DNA of 63,671 nt, filler included, from Octopus bimaculoides (GCF_001194135.2; 8 parts of 6 records of this genome joined end to end with filler, not necessarily neighbours in it), one strand, 5' to 3'. Numbered from the whole stretch's first letter, positions 36,407 to 49,238 are shown. Made by a program: numbers and translations. Notes: generated by a model not told the origin, from the sequence alone.

Positions 36407-36620
36407 AAGGCGAGGAGGTGGCAGAATCGTTAGCACACCGGGCGAAATGCTCAGCGGTATTTCGTCTGTCGCAACGTTCTGAGTTCAAATTCCGCTGAGG
36501 TCGACTTTGCCTTTCATCCTTTCGAGGTCGATTAAATAAGTACCAGTTGAGTACTGGGTCGTTGTACTCGACTATCCTCCTCCCCCAAATTTCAGGCCTT
36601 GTGTCTATACTAGAAAGGAT
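36407..36620 (+). mobile_element. SINE family A copy
   Basis: Full head, core and tail A, between microsatellites. Confidence 0.85.
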
Positions 36621-36714
36621 TTTTATCATCATAAGCAGTAGTAGTAGTAGCAGTAGTAGTAGTAGTAGTAGTAGTAGCAGTAGTAGTAGTAGTAGCAGTA
36701 GCAGTAGTAGTAGC

Positions 36715-36750
<36 letters not shown>

Positions 36751-37431
36751 GGTGGTGGTGGTGGTGATTATTATCCACCTTAACATCACTACCGCATNNN
36801 NNNNNNNGTGGTGGTGGTGGTGGTGGTGGTGATTATTATCCACCTTAACATCACTACCGCATGGCATCATCCCGGCCCCACGAGATGGGAGGGTATTCAT
36901 TCATTTGCTGGCAAAGCAACAAAACCAGCGGCATGTGGGTGTCAGTGAGTGGACAATGGGGTACCGGCTGTCGAACCCCCCCCCCCTCCTAACCTTGCCT
37001 AAATCAGGTCGTGACAGACCAGAAAAACTGAAGTAAACACTTCAGAACCGAACAATGAAAGGGTGTTATGTGAAGAACAGGTTGATAGAAAAGAAGGCTG
37101 GAGTTATCTGGGTCAAGTATACATTGGAGGATCCCCTCCTGGGGTCCCGCTCTTGTTACTGAAGGAATGAACTCGTTCACGCCCAACACCCCTATCAATA
37201 GTTACGCTACCCGGAATAATAACACAGGTGTTATCTATTATCATTCGATTTTCCTCTATGTGTGTGTGTGTGTGTGTGTGTGTCTGTGCGTGTGTACATA
37301 AACTCATATACACACACACATGGAACACGCTACCAGGTCATACTTGCTTGCGAGTGATGTATATATATATATATAAGACAAAATGAGATAACAAAGCCAA
37401 GCTTTCAGGACATTTATAAGGAAAGAGATAT

Positions 37432-37490
37432 AGATGTAGTTTTACAGCTGTTTCTAGGATATTATGGATATCCCTTCATCAGAGACGATG
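37432..37490 (-). ncRNA. Type-I hammerhead ribozyme (one stem-I mismatch)
   Basis: CAUCGUCU-CUGAUGA-AGGGAUA/UAUCCUA-GAA-ACAGCUGU-A^AAAC. Confidence 0.65.
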
Positions 37491-38136
37491 TGAGATGGTT
37501 AAATGGAGGTAAATATCCTATTCCACCCCACCCAACTTCGAGTCTATCATAGCAGCCTCTAATAAACAAAAGCTTTCTCTCCACTGTCAAAACTGACACT
37601 ATAACAACTCTGAATACACGAGGGCCCAACACGTACACAGCTCCAGCATTGAACCCCATACGCTAGACCACCACCATAACCCAACCTATCCTACTAACAC
37701 TATCCAGAATACTACCACAACTTCCACCACCGTTACTCATAGAATAATTAACAACAACGATAGCAATAATAACATAATAACGATAATAGTAATAATAATA
37801 CTAATAACTTAGACCTTTCTACCGCCATCTCTAACCTCTCCTCTGAGAGTATTACCTCTTCCGTTCCGGAAAATAATCCCCAAAATACAACCATTTGTCA
37901 ACACAGAATCCACGGCTCTGTTCTTTGAAGTGACTAAACACGAACTACTACTGGAACTTACCATGTACAGGAAACTTTTTTTACCACTTCACTCGAATAG
38001 TGGAACTGCAACTACAATATTTTATATTTCATTTCTACTTTCCTTCTCTTATTTCCCTCTATATTCCCTATCTCCTCCTTTTTCCATAATAATTCCTTAT
38101 TTCGAACTCAAATATTTACCTCTATTTAACCATCTC

Positions 38137-38194
38137 ATATCGTCTCTGATGAAGGGATGTTCATAATATCCCAGAAACAGCTGTAAGACTATAT
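38137..38194 (+). ncRNA. Type-I minimal hammerhead ribozyme with palindromic stem III
   Basis: Stem I AUAUCGUCU/AGACUAUAU (8 of 9 pairs), core CUGAUGA (38146-52), stem II GGGAU/AUCCC, GAAA (38174-77), self-complementary ACAGCUGU, and predicted GUA^ cleavage after 38185. Confidence 0.8.
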
Positions 38195-39103
38195 CTATAT
38201 CTCTTTGGTTATAAATGTCCTGAAAAATCCTCACAGACTTGGATTTGTTATCTCATTTTGTCTAATATACATACATATATATATATATATATATAAACAA
38301 TATATGAGTATATGCATATATATGTACATGTATGTATATACGTTCATCCACATGTACATATAGATACATAACTGGGTACATGACGTGGCAAAAGAACAAG
38401 GACAAAAATGGTAAACAAGGTGCAACAAACAAGCAGGCCACATAGAAACATCCCCTTTATCAGCTGCCACCATTAAAACTCCGGCGTTTCGAAGAATTAA
38501 GGCAGTACGCATCGTTAAAATGGTTCTTCCCACGAACACAAATTAAATTGTTTTCGTGGAGGGTAGTGGCGGACAGAAAACAAGACAGGAAAACGAAACN
38601 NNNNNNNNNNNNNNNNNNNNNNNNNNNNNNNNNNNNNNNNNNNNNNNNNNNNNNNNNNNNNNNNNNNNNNNNNNNNNNNNNNNNNNNNNNNNNNNNNNNN
38701 NNNNNNNNNNNNNNNNNNNNNNNNNNNNNNNNNNNNNNNNNNNNNNNNNNNNNNNNNNNNNNNNNNNNNNNNNNNNNNNNNNNNNNNNNNNNNNNNNNNN
38801 NNNNNNNNNNNNNNNNNNNNNNNNNNNNNNNNNNNNNNNNNNNNNNNNNNNNNNNNNNNNNNNNNNNNNNNNNNNNNNNNNNNNNNNNNNNNNNNNNNNN
38901 NNNNNNNNNNNNNNNNNNNNNNNNNNNNNNNNNNNNNNNNNNNNNNNNNNNNNNNNNNNNNNNNNNNNNNNNNNNNNNNNNNNNNNNNNNNNNNNNNNNN
39001 NNNNNNNNNNNNNNNNNNNNNNNNNNNNNNNNNNNNNNNNNNNNNNNNNNNNNNNNNNNNNNNNNNNNNNNNNNNNNNNNNNNNNNNNNNNNNNNNNNNN
39101 NNN

Positions 39104-39152
<49 letters not shown>

Positions 39153-40639
39153 TGTGTGTAAGTGGTTGTTTGAAGTCCATAATAAGTAATTTGGTCGATT
39201 CTCTCCATTTCATTCCCATACGATAAAGGCAAATAATTCTACCAACTCTGTAACAGGGAAGTATTTTCTAATCTATTTTCTAAGAATCCCCCTGTAAACA
39301 CGGTTATAGAGCGTGCTTATCGATATAAACATTGGCAGAAACACACCTTTTGTTCATATAAGTGATTTCTACCATTCTATATAATTTGAACATTGATTTT
39401 CTTCTTACATTTCACTTCCATTAGATATATCTTTTTCCAAGCCTTTAAGCTTTTATTTAATTCACATATCGCTCTATATTTCTCCTTCATTAGTTTTCTG
39501 CTTATTTATTTCCACTACCCCTTCTCTTTCTATAGGCTACCTTTGACGTTATATGTTCTAACGTTTTTTAAAAAAAAACTTAATAGCGTTCCGTTCATTA
39601 TTATACACATCCATCACATTCTGTTAAAATTCCTTATTGATGAGTTGGTTTTCTTTCTTTCTTTCCCTGATGAGAAGATTACATTGTTTTACAACATTTT
39701 ACTTCCTTGGAATAATACCAATGTTGTCTTTGAAACATATGTCGGAAGTAAAAGAATTTGAATAACACCTGCGTTTAACTCCATGTATATATATAAAGGA
39801 GAAAAGTTAGACGAAAGTAGAGTAAATGTGAAAGTAGGCGAAAACTAAACGTACGGGAAATTAGATAACGACAAGAGACAAGGAATATTCGCAGCTGAGT
39901 TTTCCTCTTCAGTCAAAAACACATGATATCATAGCAGCTTCACGCCAATTACCTTTGATACTGTCCAATTTTGCAGGCGCGAGTACTTTTCTTAAGCTAC
40001 AAGGAAACAACTAGTGAATGTAAGACAGAAACAAACAAGACATTAATAACAAGCCATAATAACACTCTTTCGCTCTTTCCACTGCTAAATGGCCTTTCGC
40101 TCTTTCAATTGCAGCGTGGAAGATGTTTGTCAGCCATTCAAGAACACACAAAAATTGTTACTTTCACTTCAACATTTAAATTTCATTTGTGTCGAAATAT
40201 TTTCGTCGCTTTGGAACCGCGACCTGTTCACTGACAAAACTTCGTGCTGCATCTCACTCTTCCTTTTTACTTTTTCACGTTTACTTCCCTTTCTGCCCTC
40301 ATCTCTATAAATTCCCACCTCTTCGTATCTCTTCGCCCATCTCAATATTTTTCCTCTCTCTCTCACTGTTTATCACTCGTTATTACTATCTATCTACTTC
40401 ATATCTATATATGTATATATGCAAGTATGTATGCTATTATTCAGTTTATTTCAAGATTTCTTGCCAACAGAGAAAGAGCCGGTTTCTAACCTAGATCCAA
40501 GGTTCCTTCATTGGAATTTCAACATCAACAACATGGTATGTATGTATGTATGTATGTATGTATGTATGTATGTATATGTGCAGGTTTGTATGTATTTTCA
40601 TGCATATAGTTACATATCTAGACAAGCTCAAATATACTT

Positions 40640-41030
40640 AAATGATAAACTTCTGGAAAGTTTTACAGAATTTTACAGTTCCAGTGATGGATTGGATCTG
40701 TAGACTTTGAATTAGCCTTCTCCTTTCTGGTTTTGAGAAACCTAATTTCTCAATATTGATATTTAAGCAATGTGTTACATATCCCAGGGCCCCAATAATT
40801 AGAGATATAGACCTGAACTTGTAATCTGGATAGAGTAACTGCAGATTTCTCAATAGTTCAGCATAGGTGTTCTCTTTTTCACTGATCTTCAGCCTTATGT
40901 CAACATCCGCGGGGCAACTAATTTCCACAACTGTACACAGTTTCTGTTCTGTATCCCGAATCATTATATCAGGTCTGTTGTGCTTACATTTTATTGTAGG
41001 TCTTCACTGGGACATTTCACCAGTACTCCT
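40640..41030 (-). mobile_element. RLE-type LINE 3' end, subfamily C
   Basis: PDIMIRDTEQKLCTVVEISCPAD...KENTYAELLRNLQLLYPDYKFRSISLIIGALG (PD-x12-E-x-x nuclease motif). Confidence 0.8.
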
Positions 41031-41097
41031 TTTTATGTATGTATGTATGTATGTATGTATGTATGTATGTATGTATGTATGTATGTATGTTTGTATG

Positions 41098-41133
<36 letters not shown>

Positions 41134-41959
41134 ATTTACATACACTATTTCGATCCCTCTCCATTCTCAGGAACAATTGCTGCTCTCAACCCTGTTTACG
41201 TCATCACAGTTCTGTTGATCCTGCAGCTGGTGTTGTTATTGTTATTGTTACAGTTGATGTTGTTGTCGTCGTCGTTGTCGTCGTCGTCGTCGGTGGTGGT
41301 GGTGGTGGTGGTGGTGACAGTGGTGGTGTTGGCGGTGTTGGCATGTTGTTCCCCTGTATTCAACATTCACAGATCAACCGTGCAACAAAGAAATACTTCA
41401 AACTGAACAACAATCTATTGACTGGCGACCATGACAAATGTAACGTAATAGAGAGGGAGGAGGAAGAAGAAGANNNNNNNNNNNNNNNNNNNNNNNNNNN
41501 NNNNNNNNNNNNNNNNNNNNNNNNNNNNNNNNNNNNNNNNNNNNNNNNNNNNNNNNNNNNNNNNNNNNNNNNNNNNNNNNNNNNNNNNNNNNNNNNNNNN
41601 NNNNNNNNNNNNNNNNNNNNNNNNNNNNNNNNNNNNNNNNNNNNNNNNNNNNNNNNNNNNNNNNNNNNNNNNNNNNNNNNNNNNNNNNNNNNNNNNNNNN
41701 NNNNNNNNNNNNNNNNNNNNNNNNNNNNNNNNNNNNNNNNNNNNNNNNNNNNNNNNNNNNNNNNNNNNNNNNNNNNNNNNNNNNNNNNNNNNTTTGACAA
41801 GAGCAAAAGAACGGTCGGGGTCGGGGTGTGTGTGTATGTGTGTTTATTGTGGGGTTTGTTTTACATTTCCTCCGTCCCGCGGTTACAATCCTTGCAACGT
41901 GCACCTGTCCTTCGAAGAAGAAGAAGAAAAAATATAAATGAATAAATAAATAAATAAAT

Positions 41960-42658
41960 AAAACAGCGAAAATAATTCAAACAAAACATAATAAAGCGTA
42001 GACATTGACATCTGAATGCAGCGAAGCGCAATGCCAGCACACACACACACGCACGCACACACACACGCACACACGCATACACACATACACACACATACAC
42101 GTACACACACGTGCACACACATACACATACACACACATGCACGAACACGCACACACACATACATGTACACATATACGCACACACACATACATGTACACAT
42201 ATACACACACGCACACACACACATACACACACATGTACACACACGCATACATATACACGCACATATACGCACATATACACGTACACACACGTACACATAC
42301 GCACACTCACATACACCACACACACACACATACATACANNNNNNNNNNACACGCATACATATACACGCACATATACGCACATATACACGTACACACACGT
42401 ACACATACGCACACTCACATACACCACACACACACACATACATACACACGCACACATACACACATGCTCACATATACTCGCACATACACTCACACATGCA
42501 CGTACATACACACGTACACATGCACAAATACGCACACACGCGCACACACACGCGCGCACACATACACACACTACACAGGCACACACACATACACACACAG
42601 GCATACACATACTCACACATACACAGACATACAAATACGCGCATACACACACACACAC
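41960..42658. repeat. Degenerate (CA/TA/CG) low-complexity array
   Basis: Alternating purine-pyrimidine dinucleotides. This is the source of the long H/T and C/V ORFs. Confidence 0.9.
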
Positions 42659-42916
42659 AAGGCATGGTTATGTGGTTACAAATCTCGTTTCGTAACCACT
42701 TAGTTTTAGGTTCAGTCCCACGACGTGGTGGCACCTTGTACAGATGTCTTCGACAGGTTGACCAATGCTTTATGATTGAATTTAACGGATAGAAACTGTG
42801 CGGAAGCCCTCCATTTTATGCTCATGTACACACGCACACACAGAAGCACACATACAAACATACACTCACACACACATATAATTCTGCGCGCGCGCACGTG
42901 CGTGTGTGTATGCGCA

Positions 42917-42947
<31 letters not shown>

Positions 42948-43135
42948 GCGTGCGTGCGTGCGTGTGTGTCTTTGTGTTTGTGCTTGTCTCACTGCTTGAC
43001 AACCGGTTCGGGAAAAGAGACCAACACAATAAATGCTAGATTTTTTCTCTTTTTTTAAATAGAGCAATGTTGTAGCTTACTGGAAGGTGCTGCTCCAGCA
43101 AGGCCGCAGTCCAATGACTGAAGGAAGTAAAAGAT
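42659..43135 (+). mobile_element. Diverged SINE family B (head, internal microsatellite, tail)
   Basis: GGTTCAGTCCCAC..GTGGCACCTTG.ACA, ACGGA.AGAAACTG..GAAGCCC; tail GTGCTGCTCCAGCAAGGCCGCAGTC.AATGACTGAA. Confidence 0.7.
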
Positions 43136-43604
43136 AAAAGGCGCATACGTTATTTATGTATGTATATATATTTATGCATGCATGAATATATACATATGCC
43201 TGTCTGTCTGTCTGTCTGTATGTATGTATGTATGTATGTATGTATGTGTGTGTGTGTGTGTGTAGTGAGTGATTGAAGAAGGGAGAGAGAGAGAGAGAGA
43301 GAGAGGGATGAAAGAGATAGGTGAAACAGACGTACACTCGCGCTCATTTGCAATTACAAAGACTTGAACTATACACACATAGAATCGTATAACACACAGA
43401 CACACACGCACACACAGACATACGGAGAAAGATTAAGAAAACAAGTGACTTATTTGTGTGAAGTGGAGATTAGACAGCAAGGAGGAGTGGGTGGAGGAGT
43501 GGGTCGGGGAGGGGGCGTGTGGTTGGTGTTAGGGTTAGGAGAGACAGGTGAACGGAAGAAACGTGAATAAAATTTTATTATAATAATTGTTGTTGTTGTT
43601 GCTG

Positions 43605-43653
<49 letters not shown>

Positions 43654-43767
43654 GCTAGTGTTTCCTAATTCAGATAGCAGGTATTTTACCGAGAGGTTTG
43701 GTGACAAGTCTTCTCAAATCTCTTGAAAGTCTTCCTTTGGATTCTTGTAAAATTCTGGATGATACTT

Positions 43768-43811
<44 letters not shown>

Positions 43812-44100
43812 CAATTATTGTTGTTGTTATTATTATTATTATTATTATTATTTTATGTTTGACTTTTGTTTTGCATTTGTACAAGTTGGATCCAAGTCTC
43901 ACCCAGAGACCTCAAGAGACAACAAGTTAGAAGTTCATGTAGGTGTTATGCCTAGGGTACCATATATTTGGATTTGTACAGTTTTGTTCAAGNNNNNNNN
44001 NNNNNNNNNNNNNNNNNNNNNNNNNNNNNNNNNNNNTTAATTAATTAANNNNNNNNNNNNNNNNNNNNNNNNNNNNNNNNNNNNNNNNNNNNATATATAT

Positions 44101-44446
44101 AGGCGCAGGAGTGGCTGATTGGTAAGAAGCTTGCTTCCCAATCACATGGTTCTGGGTTCAGTCCTACTGCGTGACACCTTGGACAAAAGTCTTCCACTAT
44201 AGCCTCGGACCGACCAAGGCCTTGTGAGTGGATCTGGTAAACGGAAACTGTGTGTGTGCATGTATGTGTGTGTATATGTTTGTGTGTCTGTTTGTCACTG
44301 GTGTGTTTGCATCCCCGTATACTAGCGGTTCGGCATAAGAGACTGATAGAATAAGTACTAGGCTTACAAAAAATAAGCGCTGGGGTCGATTTGCTCGACT
44401 ATAAAGGCGGTGCTCCAGCATAGCCGCAGTCAAATGACTGAAACAA
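44101..44446 (+). mobile_element. tRNA-derived SINE family B (CORE-like CCTTGG.CAAG segment), near full length
   Basis: AGGCGCAGGAGTGGCTG..TGGTAAG, GGTTCAGTCC.ACTGCGT, CACCTTGGACAA, internal (TG)n, tail GGGGTCGATTTGCTCGACT..GGCGGTGCTCCAGCAT.GCCGCAG. Confidence 0.85.
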
Positions 44447-45035
44447 GAGTTCTTCTTTCTCAGACTGGAACGAACACGACACAATGAAGTAGAGAAATTT
44501 GAAAAGACAACACGAAACCGGTTATTTCTCAAAATACAATGTTTATATACCAAAAAGATTTTCTAACATTTTTCTAACATTTTTCTTACATTTTTCTGAC
44601 ATAATTTAAATATATACTTTAACCATGTAACAAGCCTGCTGTAGTTTTTTCACATCCAACCACGTGCTTTCACATACCAACTTTCTCACNNNNNNNNNNN
44701 NNNNNNNNNNNNNNNNNNNNNNNNNNNNNNNNNNNNNNNNNNNNNNNNNNNNNNNNNNNNNNNNNNNNNNNNNNNNNNNNNNNNNNNNNNNNNNNNNNNN
44801 NNNNNNNNNNNNNNNNNNNNNNNNNNNNNNNNNNNNNNNNNNNNNNNNNNNNNNNNNNNNNNNNNNNNNNNNNNNNNNNNNNNNNNNNNNNNNNNNNNNN
44901 NNNNNNNNNNNNNNNNNNATATATATATATATATACAAGGGTACTACATGAGTACCTGTATCGCTGATAATAGAAGTCAAAATTACTTCTGTGACACGGA
45001 ACTTTAGTAGTAGGTAGCTAGCAGATCCTGAATCA

Positions 45036-45710
45036 GGAGAAACAGGCACTTTTTGGGTGCTAATTTCGAAACCCTGGTTTCAGATTGACCAGAATTACTC
45101 GCGCTGATCTAGCAGAGCTAAGGTGATTTTGTTGCTCACGGGAATTTTTTCCTATCATGCGTGCATTAGATTCGTGACTGTTCCGTGGCAGAAAAGTATT
45201 TTTGACCTCTATTTTTAGCGATGCAGTTATTTGTGTAGTACCCTCGTGTATATGTACATATAAGTAGATATTTCATGTTGTATGTATGCATTTTATTAAT
45301 TTGCCTGTACAGCTGCTATTCGCTTACTACTACTGATGGTATTTTAGTAGTACAATCCCTGTTATATTTACTTACAGATAATTTCACGTATTTCGTTCGT
45401 TTAAATAGTGTTTGATTACTTCAAACGAGTTTTTCAGGCATGATGGGGAAAATTTTAGTATTAGTTAGGTGGCTGATTGTGACCGAGGAGAAACAGGTCC
45501 CATTTTGGCACTAATTTGGAAACCATGGCATCAGATTGATCAGCATTACTTGTGTTCACCTAGCAGAGGTAAGACGATTTTATCGTTCACTGGAATGTAT
45601 TCCTACCATGTTCTGTATTAGATTTGTGAACAGATTCGTGGCAGAAAAGTATTTTTTACTTCTGTTTTTAACGATGCAGGTGCTCATGTAATCCCCTCAT
45701 GTATGCACAC
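45036..45710 (+). repeat. Two diverged ~230-bp direct repeats (45036-45270, 45486-45710)
   Basis: Shared AGGAGAAACAGG, TCAGATTGA.CAG, CTAGCAGAG, CGTGGCAGAAAAGTATTTTT and CGATGCAG blocks. Confidence 0.7.
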
Positions 45711-45844
45711 ACACACACACACACAAGAGTTACGGAATGGAGTAGATAACATCCGGATCTTATCTACTCCATTCAGTAAACCTTTCATTTTTTTCTTCAG
45801 ACACCCGGCAATCCTGGTCGCCTAGTACCTTGAGGTATAAAAAC

Positions 45845-46140
45845 AACTTTTTCAGCTTACCTTAATTCGATACGAGAAAAATCCATAACCTTCCGTCTCA
45901 ATAAAGCGCTGTCTCTGAAAGTGTATGTTTTTTTAATATTTACTACGGATTACTTGAAGATAACTTTCTTCTTAGACCTCGGTCACTGGATCTTACATTT
46001 AGCCACCCATACCTGGATGCAACTCACTCAATAAGAACTCACTACTTGAATGGACCAGAAACAAAACTTGACTGTAAAAAGGATTTAGATAATCCTATTA
46101 GTTAGACATTTTAAGTTAGACATGGCCTGGACCAATCTTT
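45845..46140 (+). mobile_element. CR1-like LINE 3' end
   Basis: SIREKSITFR..., then PPIPGCNSLNKNSLLEW. Inverted homologue at 31735-31880. Confidence 0.6.
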
Positions 46141-46181
46141 GGTCGAAACATGTCTAAGTTTTATCTAAGTTTTTATGTGTG

Positions 46182-46262
<81 letters not shown>

Positions 46263-46264
<2 letters not shown>

Positions 46265-46520
46265 GCGCAATGGCCCAGTGGTACGGGCAGTGGACTCGCA
46301 GTCGTAGGATCGCGGTTTCGATTCCCAGACCCGTTGTCAGAGTTTCTAAAGCAGAAACACTTACAAAGTCCACGAAACTTCGGCAGGGTGGGGGTGGGGG
46401 ACAATCCTGCTGTACTCTTTCATCACAACTTTCTCTTACTCTTTCTTCCTATTTCTCTTGTACCTGTATTTCAAAAGGGCCAGCCTTGTCATATTCTGTG
46501 TCACGCTGAATCTCCCCGGT
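46263..46520 (+). mobile_element. tRNA-derived SINE family C
   Basis: GGCGCAATGGCCCAGTGGT (A box) and GGTTTCGATTCCC (B box). The tail resembles the fragment at 48285-48450. Confidence 0.7.
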
Positions 46521-46654
46521 GTACGGGAGGTAACTTATTGCTAGAAAGAACAACAAAAGAAAGAAAGAGACCTCGATATTATGTAAATAGAGGAAATTAT
46601 CTGTAAAAATATGTGACACTTATTCGGTAGCCATGATAAATCTCCGAGTTTCGG

Positions 46655-46778
46655 AGGTTATTTGGTTCCCGATCCTGAGTATACATTTTGTGTCGTTAGT
46701 TCTAATTTCCTTTGGTAAAATTGAAAAACGGTGGCTGCCTTAATTATACACACACACACATGCATGTATGTGTGTATA

Positions 46779-46843
<65 letters not shown>

Positions 46844-46970
46844 ACATACATATATGTGTGTATGTGTGTGTGTGTTTGTAATTAAGGCAGCCACCGTTTT
46901 TCAATTTTACCAAAGGAAATTAGTACTAACGACACAAAATATATCCTCAGGATCGGGAAACAAATAACCT
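46655..46970. repeat. 316-bp palindrome: ~92-bp inverted arms around a (CA)n-(TA)n-(TG)n spacer
   Basis: 46655-46746 is the reverse complement of 46879-46970 with few mismatches. ORFs 46658(-) and 46731(+) mirror each other. Confidence 0.85.
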
Positions 46971-47040
46971 AATCACTAAGCCAAGCGCCTTCACTCACCC
47001 ACGCGCGCGCGCGCACACGCACACATACACACACACTGCC

Positions 47041-47077
<37 letters not shown>

Positions 47078-47079
47078 AT

Positions 47080-48184
47080 TAACCATCATAGAACTGATAA
47101 CTGCAACTGCAGATCCTGGACAGATTGCCCGCTGCAAGCCCAATGCAGAAGGTTCAACATCGTATACCAATGCACCGTTCACAACATAGTAAATAACTCA
47201 TGTAGCTACTACATCGGATCTAGGACCACTTTTAAACAAAGGTATCGTGAACATTTAAATTCGTTTAATTATAAAGAAAATAGCAATTCCACATAACTAG
47301 TCAGCCACGTTCACCATCTAATTAATAGAAAAATACAGTATAAACTTTCCTGGGCTATAATAGACTCGGCCAACACTCCAGTGGTGGACTCTGCTTAAAA
47401 GAAGCCCTCAAAATTTTAACCCACAACTCACCACAATTGCTTAATAACTACAACGAGGCCTTCACTACGTGTAAGCTCAAATTCTTCTTCATTTTTAAAT
47501 TCTTTTATAAGTCTAAATGTAAGTTCTTCCCCCACTAACAGCACCCACATGCAAATCCCTATGTTCATCAACACATACCTCTCTTTATCTCTTCTATATC
47601 TCCTATATCTCTATATCTCTTACATCTCTCTTATCTACCTTACCACATCATTTTATGAGATAAATATTATATCTTTAATTTATCCCTAATTTATTTTTAA
47701 ACCTGAACCCAATAAATTCCCTGTATAAATCCCCTAATATCTAACTCTAACTCACACTCATAAATAATTTAATATTGTACTAGCTCCTCCATTCTTGACT
47801 ACCTACACACCCATAAACCCATTGCTAAAAATAACTCTACAGCCACTGACCTTCACCAGAATGGACACAAGCAGTCACAACTAGATTTCTTCCACAACAC
47901 TAATAGACTTTAAGACTACCAGTCACCTTTAGATTCCTTTCATTTTGCAACATTTTATTTACCTTATCTTCCTCTACCTCCTCATCCTCTCTCTTATCTT
48001 CTACCCCATACACAGTTCTTAAACACCATACACCTATACACGTTACTTTATCTTATAGCTAATCCTTAAATTCCCACCCACCCACACCCCACACTCTGTC
48101 TACCTCTCTTTCTATTTATTTTCTCTTCTTTCCTTTTGCTACTTAACAGCCACCTCCGCTACCATTCTGTTATTGAACGTTGGT
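47080..48184 (+). mobile_element. Penelope-like element: GIY-YIG endonuclease plus C/A-rich downstream region
   Basis: DNCNCRSWTDCPLQAQC...IVYQCTV...YYIGS.TTFKQRYREHLNSF...ST*LVSHV...WAII at 47090-47370. Confidence 0.75.
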
Positions 48185-48790
48185 NNNNNNNNNNNNNNNN
48201 NNNNNNNNNNNNNNNNNNNNNNNNNNNNTTAATTAATTAANNNNNNNNNNNNNNNNNNNNNNNNNNNNNNNNNNNNNNNNNNNNCTGACTCTTTCGCCAC
48301 AGCTTTCTCTCACTCTTTCCTCCTGCATCTAGCAACTCATATGTGATAGACTGGCGTGCGTCTAGGTAGGGAACCTATACGCCAATGAAAACGAGAAACC
48401 GGCGCTTATGAGCCAGACACGGCTCGAGGAGATGCAAACAACAACAACAAAACAATACAGCAGGAGAGAAAAGACTTTCAGGGCTGGCTCTTATGTCAAG
48501 TGAAAAAGATTTACTCGAGCAACTAGTTAAAGCAAATTTCGATGAGAATGTAATATAAAGAATTGTTGACCAAATATTATTGATTAGAATAAAATATTAA
48601 AAAAAGGGCAAAGAATAGATAAAAGATAAGTGACAATTCTTATCCGAAACTTTCAATGATCGTTGCATTGAATAGATGTTTTACTTAGTTCTTTGAAGCG
48701 TGCCACGAATCTTTTCATAAAGAGACCACCTATTCGGTTTTATTAGTTTACTTTGCGAGGCTGCGCTATTTATTTTAAATAAACAGTTAC

Positions 48791-48951
48791 AAGCGCAGGA
48801 GTGGCTGTGTGGTAAGTAGCTTGCTTACCAACCACATGGTTTTGGGTTCAGTCCCACTGCGTGGCACCTTGGACAAGTGTATTCTACTATAGCCTCGGGC
48901 CGACCAAATCCTTGTGAGTGGATTTGGTAGACGGAAACTAAAAGAAGCCCG
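48791..48951 (+). mobile_element. SINE family B 5' half
   Basis: GCGCAGGAGTGGCTGTGTGGTAAGTAGCTTGCTTACCAACCACATGG...GGATTTGGTAGACGGAAACTAAAAGAAGCCCG. Confidence 0.85.
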
Positions 48952-49238
48952 NNNNNNNNNNNNNNNNNNNNNNNNNNNNNNNNNNNNNNNNNNNNNNNNN
49001 NNNNNNNNNNNNNNNNNNNNNNNNNNNNNNNNNNNNNNNNNNNNNNNNNNNNNNNNNNNNNNNNNNNNNNNNNNNNNNNNNNNNNNNNNNNNNNNNNNNN
49101 NNNNNNNNNNNNNNNNNNNNNNNNNNNNNNNNNNNNNNNNNNNNNNNNNNNNNNNNNNNNNNNNNNNNNNNNNNNNNNNNNNNNNNNNNNNNNNNNNNNN
49201 NNNNNNNNNNNNNNNNNNNNNNNNNNNNNNNNNNNNNN

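Larger units (their letters stand above)
37375..38264. mobile_element. Non-autonomous Penelope-like/retrozyme-like element with ~140-bp inverted termini, each carrying a hammerhead
   Basis: 37375-37516 is the reverse complement of 38111-38264 (high identity, ~13-bp indel). Both ends abut (TA)n. The interior is C/A-rich with no long ORF. Confidence 0.75.

Noticed and set aside
41861-42792. Long Cys/Val- and His/Thr-rich ORFs
   Set aside because: Dinucleotide low-complexity sequence. The same applies to the poly-I/Y/L/N/S ORFs from trinucleotide repeats throughout the window.
45801-46107. Apparent two-exon CDS TRQSWSPSTL|RPRSLDLTFSHPY... with a JNK-docking-like motif
   Set aside because: The second 'exon' is largely the 3' end of a CR1-like LINE. 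Its inverted paralogue at 31735-31880 conserves a different frame (PPIPG.NS.NKNSLLEW).
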